Under the pieces are notes generated by a model. It did not search any database. It had not been told where the DNA came from and was given only the letters and a program-made list of their open reading frames with translations. Below, piece after piece: positions 35,418-44,798 of a DNA stretch of 64,000 bases. The stretch is from Bacilli bacterium. GTDB lineage: Bacteria; Bacillota_I; Bacilli_A; RF39; UBA660. Location of the stretch: assembly GCA_017441065.1 (NCBI GenBank), contig JAFSAI010000016.1, positions 17,599-81,598 on the forward strand. The letters are read 5' to 3'. How positions within the stretch are numbered: position 1 is the first letter of the stretch; each line of letters begins with the position of its first letter. Made by a program: the position numbers and the translations under genes.

Positions 35418-36311
35418 TTATATAAATGGTAAATTTGACCTTTTTACACCGCCCTGAACTTCATAACAATCACTAATTACAAAGAATGCAGTAGGATCTA
35501 TTTCTTTGATTCGCATTTTAAATAAATTAACATCCCTATTTCCAATAACACACATAATCATTGCTCCTCTTATATGTGAGTATCCACCAACTGTAGGAAA
35601 TATAGTAAAACCAGTCATAAATTCTTCTTCAATTAATGTTTTTACTTTTCTTGATTCTCTTGTATAAATCATAAATTTTTTACTATCAGATATACCAATA
35701 ATTATTTTATCAACAACCATTGAACTAACAACAAGAATAATTATTGAATATACTCCCATATCAAAGCCAAACACAAATGAACCTAGTAAAATAATTGTTA
35801 TATTAAATATTATAGAACTTACCCCTTCACTAAAATGACAATATTTGCAAAGGACTTGCATCATAACGTCTGAGCCACCTGTAGTATAACCAAATTTATA
35901 AATTATTCCATTACTAAAACCATATAATAAACTTGCTAAAACTACAGTAACTAGTATTTCTTGAAAAGATAAATAAATTAATAAGAATTTTGCTATAGGT
36001 TCAGTAAATGTTACAAAAATTGGATATAAAAGTGAACCAACAACCGTTCTTTTTGTAACTTCTTTTCCCAAAAATATATAACTTACTATTAACAGTATAA
36101 TTGATGATATATAAATAAAAATTTGTTTATCAAATCCAGTTAATTCCTCAATAACAATAGCTAAACCAGAAGTGCCACCAACAACTAAATTATTCGGAAC
36201 AAAAAACAAGTTATAACACAATGCTAAACAAAATGTTCCAAATACAAATGAACAACCTGTTAATAAAACTTCTTTAGTATCTTTACTAATCTTTTCTTTA
36301 TCCTTTTTCAT
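35418..36311 (-). CDS. YitT-family membrane protein (DUF2179 C-terminal domain)
   Basis: Five TM helices plus C-terminal FTIFPTVGGYS..FFVISDCYEVQGG. Confidence 0.8.
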   Translation of the reverse strand: MKKDKEKISKDTKEVLLTGCSFVFGTFCLALCYNLFFVPNNLVVGGTSGLAIVIEELTGFDKQIFIYISSIILLIVSYIFLGKEVTKRTVVGSLLYPIFVTFTEPIAKFLLIYLSFQEILVTVVLASLLYGFSNGIIYKFGYTTGGSDVMMQVLCKYCHFSEGVSSIIFNITIILLGSFVFGFDMGVYSIIILVVSSMVVDKIIIGISDSKKFMIYTRESRKVKTLIEEEFMTGFTIFPTVGGYSHIRGAMIMCVIGNRDVNLFKMRIKEIDPTAFFVISDCYEVQGGVKRSNLPFI

Positions 36312-36400
36312 TCTAATCTACCTAAAATAATTATACAAAAATATTATTTTAGTTGCAATAATAATTAAATTAAACATATATTTTAAAGAGGTGACTTTTA

Positions 36401-36763
36401 ATGAACGGAAATTATTATCAAAATCCCACATTTCCAACAAATCAAAATACAATACCAACACCATCTTCTCCACCAGGAAATATTTCATCACAAAGCATGA
36501 TGCCAATTGAACAAAGTTATATTGAAAATATTCTAAGACTTAACAAAGGAAAAAGGGTTAATGCATATGTATCTTATCCAGATAGTAATGAATGGAGAGA
36601 TAAGGTATATTCCGGCATTATTGAAGAAGCAGGTAGAGATCATTTAATAATAAGTGATCCAGTAAATGGAAATTGGTATTTAATAAGAATGATTTATTTG
36701 GATTATGTAGAATTTATGGAAAGAATAAATTATTCTCATGATTATTCAGAAAAAACTTTTTAA
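36401..36763 (+). CDS. gerQ: Spore coat protein GerQ
   Basis: Q/P/N-rich N-terminus followed by IEQSYIENILRLNKGK..IEEAGRDHLIISDP..YLIRMIYLDYVEF, closely matching the conserved GerQ (YwdL) core. Confidence 0.75.
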   Translation: MNGNYYQNPTFPTNQNTIPTPSSPPGNISSQSMMPIEQSYIENILRLNKGKRVNAYVSYPDSNEWRDKVYSGIIEEAGRDHLIISDPVNGNWYLIRMIYLDYVEFMERINYSHDYSEKTF

Positions 36764-36819
36764 AATATAGGTTATAAATTTACATAATTTTTTTCTTAAT
36801 GTATAATCTAATTACAAAG

Positions 36820-36862
36820 AAGTCAATCCTGGCCCGCATTGGGCTGAGGTCGACTTTTTTTT
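36820..36862 (+). terminator. GC-rich rho-independent terminator after gerQ
   Basis: AAGTC..CCTGGCCC-gcat-TGGGCTGAGG..GACTT followed by T8. Confidence 0.7.
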
Positions 36863-37090
36863 GAATAATCTAACACTACTTTTTTACCGTCCGCTTCATA
36901 TTTAATTCCACCATGTTCATAATATAATTAATCTTCTACTTTATAACTATTAGGTGTAGCATCTCTTAACCATTCATCAGTTACATCTATATAATTTTTA
37001 TTCATATTTTAATTTCATACATCCATACCTCCTCATATATATGTTTACAACTTTTTTCGTTCATTTCCTTTTTTTAAACAAAATTTCAAC

Positions 37091-37370
37091 AAAAAATAAC
37101 GGAGTAACAGGTTATTTCGTAAAATAAACCATCTCCGTTTTTAATTTGGAATAAAATTCCTAGATAATCTTTGTCCTCTATCTTCCCAAAAATATAGTCT
37201 TAACCATATTATCATTCAAGTTATAGTGGGCTGGGCGAACCGAATTCGTATTCGTCAAATTATTGTTATTGACTTGCCCGTTCGAATTCACATTCCACGC
37301 ATTGTAATTACCACTGCTATTAGCTCCGTAACGCGACTCTTTATCCAAGATTACCTACAATAATTATATG
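37091..37370 (-). repeat. Copy B of the ~270-nt conserved element (candidate ncRNA; DGR template-repeat-like core plus conserved 3' hairpin)
   Basis: Same architecture as 13927-14195: own promoter, A-avoiding Asn-codon-rich core (37228-37335) ending in GGTTCGCCCAGCCC, a conserved ~110-nt tail, and a terminator hairpin (37091-37139). Confidence 0.8.
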
Positions 37371-37392
37371 TTGATAACTTATTACTTATCAA
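37363..37392 (-). promoter_or_regulatory. Promoter of element copy B (TTGATA-18-TATAAT)
   Basis: Minus strand: TTGATA (37387-37392), 18-nt spacer, TATAAT (37363-37368), located just after the terminator of the upstream gene. Confidence 0.5.
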
Positions 37393-37420
37393 CAAAAAAT
37401 GGAAGGCTTAAAGCCTCCCG
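37393..37420 (-). terminator. Rho-independent terminator of the 554-aa surface-protein gene
   Basis: Minus strand: GGAGGCTT-taa-GCCTTCC followed by ATTTTTT. Confidence 0.6.
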
Positions 37421-37460
37421 AAGGGTTAAGTTTCTATTTTAACGTCTTCGTTGACGATTA

Positions 37461-39125
37461 CTAATTTATTATATATGGATTATCTATTGTTCCCGTTCCA
37501 CCGGTTATTTTTATATCACTTGTTAGATAGAAGACCGGACGATATGTTCGTTTTAGTGCTGTTGAAGAATATGCTGAAAATAACCCGGAATTTGAGGTAT
37601 TAAAAACCCAAGCCACACCATCAGCTTTTCGATCTATAGACCATTCATAAACTCCTGAATAAATCCAAGAATCTATATTATCTTCATCCGTACAATAATA
37701 ATCTAATGTAGATACAATGCCAACTTTTGCATCGACTGAATAACCACTAGTAGGTTGATTAGTATAATAACTTTTATCGCCATAGTTCCAAGTAACTGTT
37801 GCTATTTTATTTTCCCATCCTGTTGGTACATATGTTGTATTTGTTAAAAATGTGCTACTATTTATTGCGCTATATATAGGACTATTAATCCATCTATCTG
37901 TATTAGAACTAGCCCATTTTAGTTGTCCCATATCTTTTCTTTTTACAACTTTAATTTGCCCTTGTGAATTAATACTAATTATTCTATACATATATTTATC
38001 TTGATTATTAGTACAAGTTGATTTATCATTTGTTCCAAAACATATATAATTATTATCAACTACATCATCTGTTCCTTCATATCTATGAAAATCATTACAA
38101 GTACTCCAAGAATAACTTGATAAATTTGATATAGCACTAATGTTACGACCTCCATATTCATTAGCCATACATGTTCTCACATCAGGGTAAGATGAACACA
38201 ATTTATACAAGTTCATCGGTAATGCTTTAATACTTACTGTACTAGTCAGATGTCCTATATTTCCTGCTTTATCTTTTACATGTATGTAATAACTACTGGT
38301 TACAGTTACTGCTGTGGTACTTGTAAATGTTGTTCCACTTACTTCATCCCATATACATCCGCTTGTTGATGTTCTACTTTGATTTACACATACATGTGAT
38401 ACTCCACTTCCTGTTTCTGTAACGGTTACATTTGCTGTTCCCGCTCCACTATCACTTGCACTTGTTATTACTGGTGCTACACTATCTAAAAATACTACAT
38501 CACTTACTACTGGTGATATATTTTCTGCTGCATCTCTTATGAAGGCATATCTTGTATTACTTCCTTGTGTACTTATTGTATAACTTGGTGTTACTGAATT
38601 ACCTGTTGTACTTATCCAACTACAACTACTTGAATTGTTTTCTGTATTTATACAATAACTTTCTATATCATTATCTGTCCATGAAAGGTATGCTGTTGTA
38701 TTTGTACTAGTTATATATTCTGGATTTGTATTTCCTCCTAGATAAAATGTAAATGTTTGTGGAGGTATTTTATCTAAATCAAAGTACAAATAACAGAATA
38801 GTGTTTTATTACTTGATACAGTTATTTTATTATTGTTATACGATATTACATCATTTACTACTTTACCTTTATTATCAGTACAATTACTTCTTTCTTCGTT
38901 AAAGTAATATTTTAATCCTATTGGATAGTATTCACAGTCTGTATATTCCTCGTATTCTCCATCTTTATTCTCTACATACATTGAAAACATTTCTTTATCT
39001 ACTTTATTTTCTTCTTTTATCTCTTTTATATCTTTATTGTTAAATGATTTAATACTTAAAAACACAAATGTAAATTCAATTAATAAAAGTAATGTAATTA
39101 TTACTTTAAAATACTTCTTACACAT
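37461..39125 (-). CDS. Membrane-anchored surface protein with Ig-like repeats and a C-terminal DUF1566/lectin-like domain
   Basis: N-terminal anchor, Thr/Ser-rich repeats ending in ..RDAAENIS / ..KDKAGNIGH (D-x-AGN motif of bacterial Ig-like domains), and C-terminal ..YEWSIDRKADGVAWVFNTSNSG..RTYRPVFYL in the DUF1566-like pattern. Visibly higher GC than its neighbours. Confidence 0.65.
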   Translation of the reverse strand: MCKKYFKVIITLLLLIEFTFVFLSIKSFNNKDIKEIKEENKVDKEMFSMYVENKDGEYEEYTDCEYYPIGLKYYFNEERSNCTDNKGKVVNDVISYNNNKITVSSNKTLFCYLYFDLDKIPPQTFTFYLGGNTNPEYITSTNTTAYLSWTDNDIESYCINTENNSSSCSWISTTGNSVTPSYTISTQGSNTRYAFIRDAAENISPVVSDVVFLDSVAPVITSASDSGAGTANVTVTETGSGVSHVCVNQSRTSTSGCIWDEVSGTTFTSTTAVTVTSSYYIHVKDKAGNIGHLTSTVSIKALPMNLYKLCSSYPDVRTCMANEYGGRNISAISNLSSYSWSTCNDFHRYEGTDDVVDNNYICFGTNDKSTCTNNQDKYMYRIISINSQGQIKVVKRKDMGQLKWASSNTDRWINSPIYSAINSSTFLTNTTYVPTGWENKIATVTWNYGDKSYYTNQPTSGYSVDAKVGIVSTLDYYCTDEDNIDSWIYSGVYEWSIDRKADGVAWVFNTSNSGLFSAYSSTALKRTYRPVFYLTSDIKITGGTGTIDNPYIIN

Positions 39126-39262
39126 ACAACTTAACCTCTCATTTATTTTCTAAATGAATTATATAAAGATTTATTAATAACATTTGTTATTTACACCTAA
39201 TAAAGTGTAATATTAATACACCCTAAAAAATGTATGAAATTATATTTTTAGAGGGTTATTTT

Positions 39263-39532
39263 ATGAATATACAGAGATTAAAAGAAATAAGAGAGGATAG
39301 GGATATTCCTCAAAAAGAAGTTGCTACTATATTAAATACAACACAACAGCAATACTCTAAATACGAGTTAGGAATACAATTAATACCAATAGATAAACTA
39401 TGTGAATTAGCAGACTTTTATAATGTTAGTTTAGATTATCTTGTTGGACGTACCGATGAAAGAAAAGCTTATACAAAAAGCAAGTATTTTTACACTAAAT
39501 TTACTAAAAATAAGATTACTTCTTGTAAATAA
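39263..39532 (+). CDS. Small XRE-family HTH regulator
   Basis: IPQKEVATILNTTQQQYSKYELGIQLIPIDKLCELADFYNVSLDYLVGRTD. Start taken at the ATG after AGAGGG. Confidence 0.8.
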   Translation: MNIQRLKEIREDRDIPQKEVATILNTTQQQYSKYELGIQLIPIDKLCELADFYNVSLDYLVGRTDERKAYTKSKYFYTKFTKNKITSCK

Positions 39533-39571
39533 ATAGCATTCTAAAATATAATAATATATAGGAGTGGTTTT

Positions 39572-41206
39572 ATGAGAAAAAGTGGATTTTTAGAAGGTGC
39601 AATCATTGCAACTTTAGCAATATTTTTTACAAAATTCATTGGAATTGTTTATGTCATTCCTTTTTATGGTATAGTTGGTTCCCAAGGTGGAGCATTATAT
39701 GGCTATGCATATAATATTTATAATTTATTTTTAATAATATCTAGTGCTGGTATTCCTCTTGCGATAAGTAAGCTAGCTAGTGAATACAATGCTTTAAATA
39801 AACAAAAAGAAAAAGAATATATGTTTCAAATTACAAGAAAAATAATATTAGCTTTTTCAATAATATCTTTTCTGATTTGTTATATATTTGCTCCCCAAAT
39901 AGCTAGTTTAATAATAGGTAATGTAGAAGGTGGAAATACTCCTGAAGCTATCGCAACTGTTATAAGATGTGTATCATTTGCTATTTTAATAGTACCAATG
40001 CTTGCAATTAGTAGAGGTTATCTTCAAGGTCATGGTTACATAAGACCCGCTTCATTTAGTCAAGTTATTGAACAAATTGTAAGAGTAATCGTTATTCTTG
40101 GCGGAAGTTATTTCGTCTTAAATATTTTAGATTTAAGTTTAACAACTGCTGTTGGTGTGGCAGTATTTGGAGCTTGTGCGGGTGCTATTGCAGCCTATGT
40201 TTACTTAATAAATAAGATGAACAAAGTCAAAAAAGATGGTATTGTAGATACAAAGGATTTAAAAAAAGAAGAAAGATTAGAAATAGCAAAAAAAATTGTG
40301 TTATATTCTATACCGTTTATTATAACTAATATTGCTAACTCATTATATAATTCAACTGATATGATTTTATTAATAAGAGGGCTTGATTATTTAAACTTTA
40401 ATGCTATAGATATTGAAACAATTAGTAGTGTATTTACTACATGGGGACATAAACTAAATACTATAGTAACAAGTATTGCTACAGGTATTGCAATAAGTTT
40501 AGTACCTAATATAGCTAAAAGTTATGCAAAAAAAGATTTTGAAGATATAAATATTAAGTTTAATAAGACTTTACAAATATTTTTCTATGTAGCAATGCCA
40601 CTTGCAATTTTTATGAGTGTCTTTGCTAAAGAAATATGGCAAATATTCTATGGTATTAGTTCAAATGATCCAATAAGTTATTATGGGCCAATAATATTTA
40701 GATTTTCTATTATAACAGCTGCTGTAGACGCTTTATATATAATGATTTGTAATGGTTTACAAGGCTTAAATAAATCTAAATTAATATATATATCTGTAGG
40801 ACTTGGTTTACTTATTAATTTATGTTTAGATATACCTTTAATGATTTTATTTAATAGTATTGGTATTTATCCATATTATGGTGCAATTGCAGCTACTATA
40901 ATTGGCTATAGCATATCACTGATAATTCCACTTGTTACATTAAAGAAAAAATACAACTTAAATTATTCAAGTACAACAAAAAAATTACCAAAATTATTTG
41001 GGATTTATTTAATAATGATACTTTTATCTTTAGGTTATCGTGGTATAATAAATAATGTAAATGGTAGAATGATTATGATTCCGTTAATTGGTATTATAGG
41101 TATTATTTTAGTTATACTTTATTATTTCTTAAATAAAAAAGAAATTGAAGAAATACTTGGTGGAAATATTATAGAAATTATAAAAAGAAAGAAAAGGGAT
41201 AAATAA
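39572..41206 (+). CDS. MOP-superfamily flippase (SpoVB/MurJ-like polysaccharide biosynthesis protein)
   Basis: 544 aa with about 14 TM helices; N-terminal GAIIATLAIFFTKFIGIVYVIPF is typical of SpoVB/MurJ-like proteins. Confidence 0.8.
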   Translation: MRKSGFLEGAIIATLAIFFTKFIGIVYVIPFYGIVGSQGGALYGYAYNIYNLFLIISSAGIPLAISKLASEYNALNKQKEKEYMFQITRKIILAFSIISFLICYIFAPQIASLIIGNVEGGNTPEAIATVIRCVSFAILIVPMLAISRGYLQGHGYIRPASFSQVIEQIVRVIVILGGSYFVLNILDLSLTTAVGVAVFGACAGAIAAYVYLINKMNKVKKDGIVDTKDLKKEERLEIAKKIVLYSIPFIITNIANSLYNSTDMILLIRGLDYLNFNAIDIETISSVFTTWGHKLNTIVTSIATGIAISLVPNIAKSYAKKDFEDINIKFNKTLQIFFYVAMPLAIFMSVFAKEIWQIFYGISSNDPISYYGPIIFRFSIITAAVDALYIMICNGLQGLNKSKLIYISVGLGLLINLCLDIPLMILFNSIGIYPYYGAIAATIIGYSISLIIPLVTLKKKYNLNYSSTTKKLPKLFGIYLIMILLSLGYRGIINNVNGRMIMIPLIGIIGIILVILYYFLNKKEIEEILGGNIIEIIKRKKRDK

Positions 41207-41736
41207 TGAATATATACTTAATTTTATTAATAATTTTTGCAGTAATAGCAATTGTAGCACTTTTATATTTCAGTGGATATTCTAAGCTAAAAAAATATAA
41301 AGAAAAAATGGATAAAGCTGAAAACATTATAGATGAGAACTTAAATGAAAAATTAAATTTAATTATTACTATAAATGGTGAAGTAAAAAAAGTTACTGGA
41401 AAAAAAGATTATTTAAAAGATTATGTATCTGTTCAAGATTTGATTATATCTAACATAGAAAAGGATTTAAAATTAGATGAAGCAGTTAAATTAATAAATG
41501 ATTTAATGGTTGACTTTACAGAGTTAAATACTGATACTGAATTTAATGAATTAATGAAAAAATTAAGAGAAATAGATGAATTATTAACATCAGCAAAAAA
41601 TATGTTCAATCAAAATGCAGTACAATCAAATCAATTAATTAAAACTTTTCCAAACAACATAATAGCTAAACTTAGCAAATTTAGAATTAGAAGCTTTTAT
41701 AACAATAATAAAACCGATGACATAGAAACTTTTTAA
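41206..41736 (+). CDS. LemA-like single-TM protein
   Basis: 176 aa. N-terminal TM followed by a helical domain with LemA-like spacing; diverged. ATGA-coupled to the flippase gene. Confidence 0.4.
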   Translation: MNIYLILLIIFAVIAIVALLYFSGYSKLKKYKEKMDKAENIIDENLNEKLNLIITINGEVKKVTGKKDYLKDYVSVQDLIISNIEKDLKLDEAVKLINDLMVDFTELNTDTEFNELMKKLREIDELLTSAKNMFNQNAVQSNQLIKTFPNNIIAKLSKFRIRSFYNNNKTDDIETF

Positions 41737-42392
41737 AGTTTCCAGTCTATCGGTTTTAATTTGTTCTTAATTAAAAAATCGTTAGTTTTTGAAAATGGTT
41801 TAGAACCAAAGAATCCACTATTTGCAGAAAATGGTGATGGATGAGGACTAGTTAAAACTAAATGTTTTGGATTAGTTATATATTTCTTTTTATCTTTCGC
41901 AAAGTTTCCCCAAAGAATAAATACTATTGGTTCTTCTTTTTGATTTAAAGATTTAATAATATAATCAGTTAATAATTCCCAACCTAAATTTCGATGCGAT
42001 GCTGGTTTATCTTTTTCAACAGTTAATACAGCATTAAGAAGTAATACTCCTTCTTTTGCCCATTTAGTTAAATCACCTTCATTATGAGGACTAATACCTA
42101 AATCACTATACAATTCTTTATAAATATTTTGTAGTGATGGTGGTATCTTAATTCCTTTCTGAACACTAAATGATAAACCATGAGCTTCCCCTACTCCATG
42201 ATATGGATCCTGACCTACAATAACAACTTTAGTATCTTTAAAGCTAGTTAATTTTAATGCGTTAAAAATATAGTTTTTTGGAGGGAATACCGTACTTGTA
42301 TTATATTTTTCATTGATAATAGAAAGAAACTTTTTAAAGCCTTCGCTTTCTTCAACAACCTTTAATACTTCATCCCAATCATTACCTATCAT
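41733..42392 (-). CDS. ung: Uracil-DNA glycosylase (family 1)
   Basis: VVIVGQDPYHG, GLSFSV, HPSPFSA motifs. Confidence 0.95.
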   Translation of the reverse strand: MIGNDWDEVLKVVEESEGFKKFLSIINEKYNTSTVFPPKNYIFNALKLTSFKDTKVVIVGQDPYHGVGEAHGLSFSVQKGIKIPPSLQNIYKELYSDLGISPHNEGDLTKWAKEGVLLLNAVLTVEKDKPASHRNLGWELLTDYIIKSLNQKEEPIVFILWGNFAKDKKKYITNPKHLVLTSPHPSPFSANSGFFGSKPFSKTNDFLIKNKLKPIDWKL

Positions 42393-43588
42393 AAACTAAT
42401 TTCACCTTTTTCTTTTGAACGTAGCTTAATTGCTTGGAAACCATAAATAATTTGAAATATAGCAAATATTATTGCAAAGATAAAACTATATCTTGTGCCA
42501 ATAGTAATAGTTAATCCACATATTAAATTACCTATAGCTTCTGCTAGATAACTAACCATTTCTTGTAAGTTACAAAAAGCAAGCTGATTTTCAGTACTAA
42601 AACGATTAACATATGGAGCATCAGTTATATGAGCATATGATTCAGAGAATAATAACATATAAACAATTCCTAAAACATATAACAGTTTATAATCAAATAT
42701 AGCAGCAATAATATAAATTATTAATCTACCAACATATTTAATAGAAAAATTTATATAATCATTTTTACTAGTTAATTTTTCTAAAATTAAAGTACCAAGT
42801 AATACTGCTACTATACCAAGTATTAATTTGAAGGTTGATGCTCCGGAAGCACTAAACCCTAAATTAGATGTTAATAATGTTATAAGTAATCCGTAGACAC
42901 AATGATATGATATTGTACTTGTTAAACGGAAAGCTAAGAACTTTTTAGATATTTTATCTTCTTTTACAATTTTAATTACTTTATATAAAGCATTATGATC
43001 ATTATTTAATTCAATATTTTTATTATATTTATTTAAATCAACTGTTTTTAAAGTAATATAAGATACTAACATTAAAATACTTCCTAATAAACAATAAGTA
43101 TTAAAGTTTATATTAAAAGTAAATAATGTTTTTCCTAATAAGAAAGAAGTTAAAAGTATACCGCCATAATAAGCATAACTATATATTAAACCTCTTAAAG
43201 CATATACTTTATCATTTTTAGTAATAAAAGTTATTAATGGATAAATACAAGCATATATTTCAGCATCAATAACAAAATCAAGCATAATTAAAAATTTTAT
43301 TAGAACATTTAATCCGGTATGATTTAATATAAATAAAAGAAATAAAATTATAACTTTTAGAAGTAATAATATACAAGAAAATTTCTTTAATCTTTGTTTA
43401 GTAATTAAATTAGAACATAAAAATATAGTTGAAACAGATAATAATGCACATAAACTAAAGACAATTCCTATAGTTTGAGTAGATAAATGATTATCTGCCA
43501 TCCATAATTCTTGAAAATTATAAAATATACCGCCAGATAAAGCATAAAATGCTAATACAATAAATATCTTCTTTACATCTTTATTCAT
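42389..43588 (-). CDS. MFS-type transporter
   Basis: 399 aa with about 12 TM helices in a 6+6 arrangement. Confidence 0.65.
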   Translation of the reverse strand: MNKDVKKIFIVLAFYALSGGIFYNFQELWMADNHLSTQTIGIVFSLCALLSVSTIFLCSNLITKQRLKKFSCILLLLKVIILFLLFILNHTGLNVLIKFLIMLDFVIDAEIYACIYPLITFITKNDKVYALRGLIYSYAYYGGILLTSFLLGKTLFTFNINFNTYCLLGSILMLVSYITLKTVDLNKYNKNIELNNDHNALYKVIKIVKEDKISKKFLAFRLTSTISYHCVYGLLITLLTSNLGFSASGASTFKLILGIVAVLLGTLILEKLTSKNDYINFSIKYVGRLIIYIIAAIFDYKLLYVLGIVYMLLFSESYAHITDAPYVNRFSTENQLAFCNLQEMVSYLAEAIGNLICGLTITIGTRYSFIFAIIFAIFQIIYGFQAIKLRSKEKGEISL

Positions 43589-43599
43589 AATTAACTCCT

Positions 43600-44037
43600 T
43601 TATTTATGGTAACGTTCGTTATTATTTATTTTAAATGCTCTATAAATTTGTTCTAGTAAAATTCCTCTAAATAAGCCATGTGGGAAAGTAAAAGATGAAA
43701 AGCTTAGTTTCTCATCACATAAATTAATAATCTCTTCTTCTAGGCCATTAGAACCACCAATTATAAAAGATATTGTTCCGTTATAATTAAAAAGTGAATC
43801 TAAATGTTTAGAAAAGGAAATACTATCATAATTTTTTCCATTAATGCATAATGCTATATTATAATCTTTTGAACTAATATACTTTAATAATTCATTGGTT
43901 TCTTTTGTAATATCATCATTATCTTTTAACTCAATTATTTCAAGCTTATGATATTTACTAATTCTCTTTTCATAATCATCTATTAATTCTTTTAAATAAT
44001 TCTCTTTTATTTTTCCAACACATATTATTTTTATCAT
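43600..44037 (-). CDS. rlmH: 23S rRNA (pseudouridine1915-N3)-methyltransferase
   Basis: MIKIICVGKIKENYLKELIDDYEKRISKY.., IIGGSNGL, and C-terminal HGLFRGILLEQIYRAF. Confidence 0.92.
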   Translation of the reverse strand: MIKIICVGKIKENYLKELIDDYEKRISKYHKLEIIELKDNDDITKETNELLKYISSKDYNIALCINGKNYDSISFSKHLDSLFNYNGTISFIIGGSNGLEEEIINLCDEKLSFSSFTFPHGLFRGILLEQIYRAFKINNNERYHK

Positions 44038-44798
44038 ATATTTACCACTTCACTAATACTATCTTGTTCAGCACATTCTATATTTTTAAAATCAATTTTA
44101 TATTCATTCAATGTATCATTTACTGTCTTAAGTGCTATTTCACTATTATTATTAACTTCACTTAAGTGCATTAAAAATACTTTTTTTGTTTTTTCTCCAA
44201 TAAGCTTAGATAAATAAAAACCAGCAGCTTGATTTGATAAGTGGCCCTCATCACTCAATACTCTTGTCTTTAACCAATCAGGATAAGGACCATGAGTTAA
44301 CATTTCTATATCATGATTGCTTTCAAGTAAATATACATCTCTATTCTTAAGTAAATTAAAATATTTACTTTTTATATACCCTGTATCTGTTATTTGTACT
44401 ATTGAAGAATCTCCCTCTTCAATAATAAAGTTTCTAGAACCAATCGCATCATGACTAGATTTTATTGCATAAATTTTTATATCATCAAATAATATTTCAT
44501 CTTCATATATTCTTATATGTTCATAATTTTGAATACTATCTAAGCTAGCAAACATTTCCTGTGGCATACATACTGTAACTTTATATGTTTTAATAAATGC
44601 TTCTAAAGCAGAGATGTGATCACTATGAAGGTGACTTATTAATATAATATCAATCTCTTTAGGATCAACATCTATCTTTTTTAAAGCATCCACTATATAT
44701 TTTTTCTTCTTGCCCATATCAAGAAGTATTTTATGATTTTTTGTTTCTATATAAGTTACATTACCTTTAGAACCACTTGCAAGTACACATACCTTCAT
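44034..44798 (-). CDS. MBL-fold metallo-hydrolase, YycJ/WalJ-like
   Basis: MKVCVLASGSKGN.., ISHLHSDH motif; 254 aa. Confidence 0.85.
   Translation of the reverse strand: MKVCVLASGSKGNVTYIETKNHKILLDMGKKKKYIVDALKKIDVDPKEIDIILISHLHSDHISALEAFIKTYKVTVCMPQEMFASLDSIQNYEHIRIYEDEILFDDIKIYAIKSSHDAIGSRNFIIEEGDSSIVQITDTGYIKSKYFNLLKNRDVYLLESNHDIEMLTHGPYPDWLKTRVLSDEGHLSNQAAGFYLSKLIGEKTKKVFLMHLSEVNNNSEIALKTVNDTLNEYKIDFKNIECAEQDSISEVVNI

Noticed and set aside
36866-37005. Short minus-strand ORF (MNKNYIDVTDEWLRDATPNSYKVED, stop, then ..LYYEHGGIKYEADGKKVVLDYSKK) as a gene
   Set aside because: It is interrupted by an in-frame TAA after 25 codons and truncated by the gerQ terminator. Several abortive ATG frames follow the GGAGG. 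It is most likely the 5' remnant of a lost gene, possibly a toxin or phage-type N-terminus, and the family cannot be assigned.
37461-37640. C-terminal region of the 554-aa gene as the DGR variable region matching the adjacent TR-like element
   Set aside because: Codon-by-codon comparison shows many differences at non-adenine template positions, for example GTG versus TTT and TCG GTT CGC versus ACA TAT CGT. This is incompatible with an active TR/VR pair; only the protein-level motif skeleton is shared.
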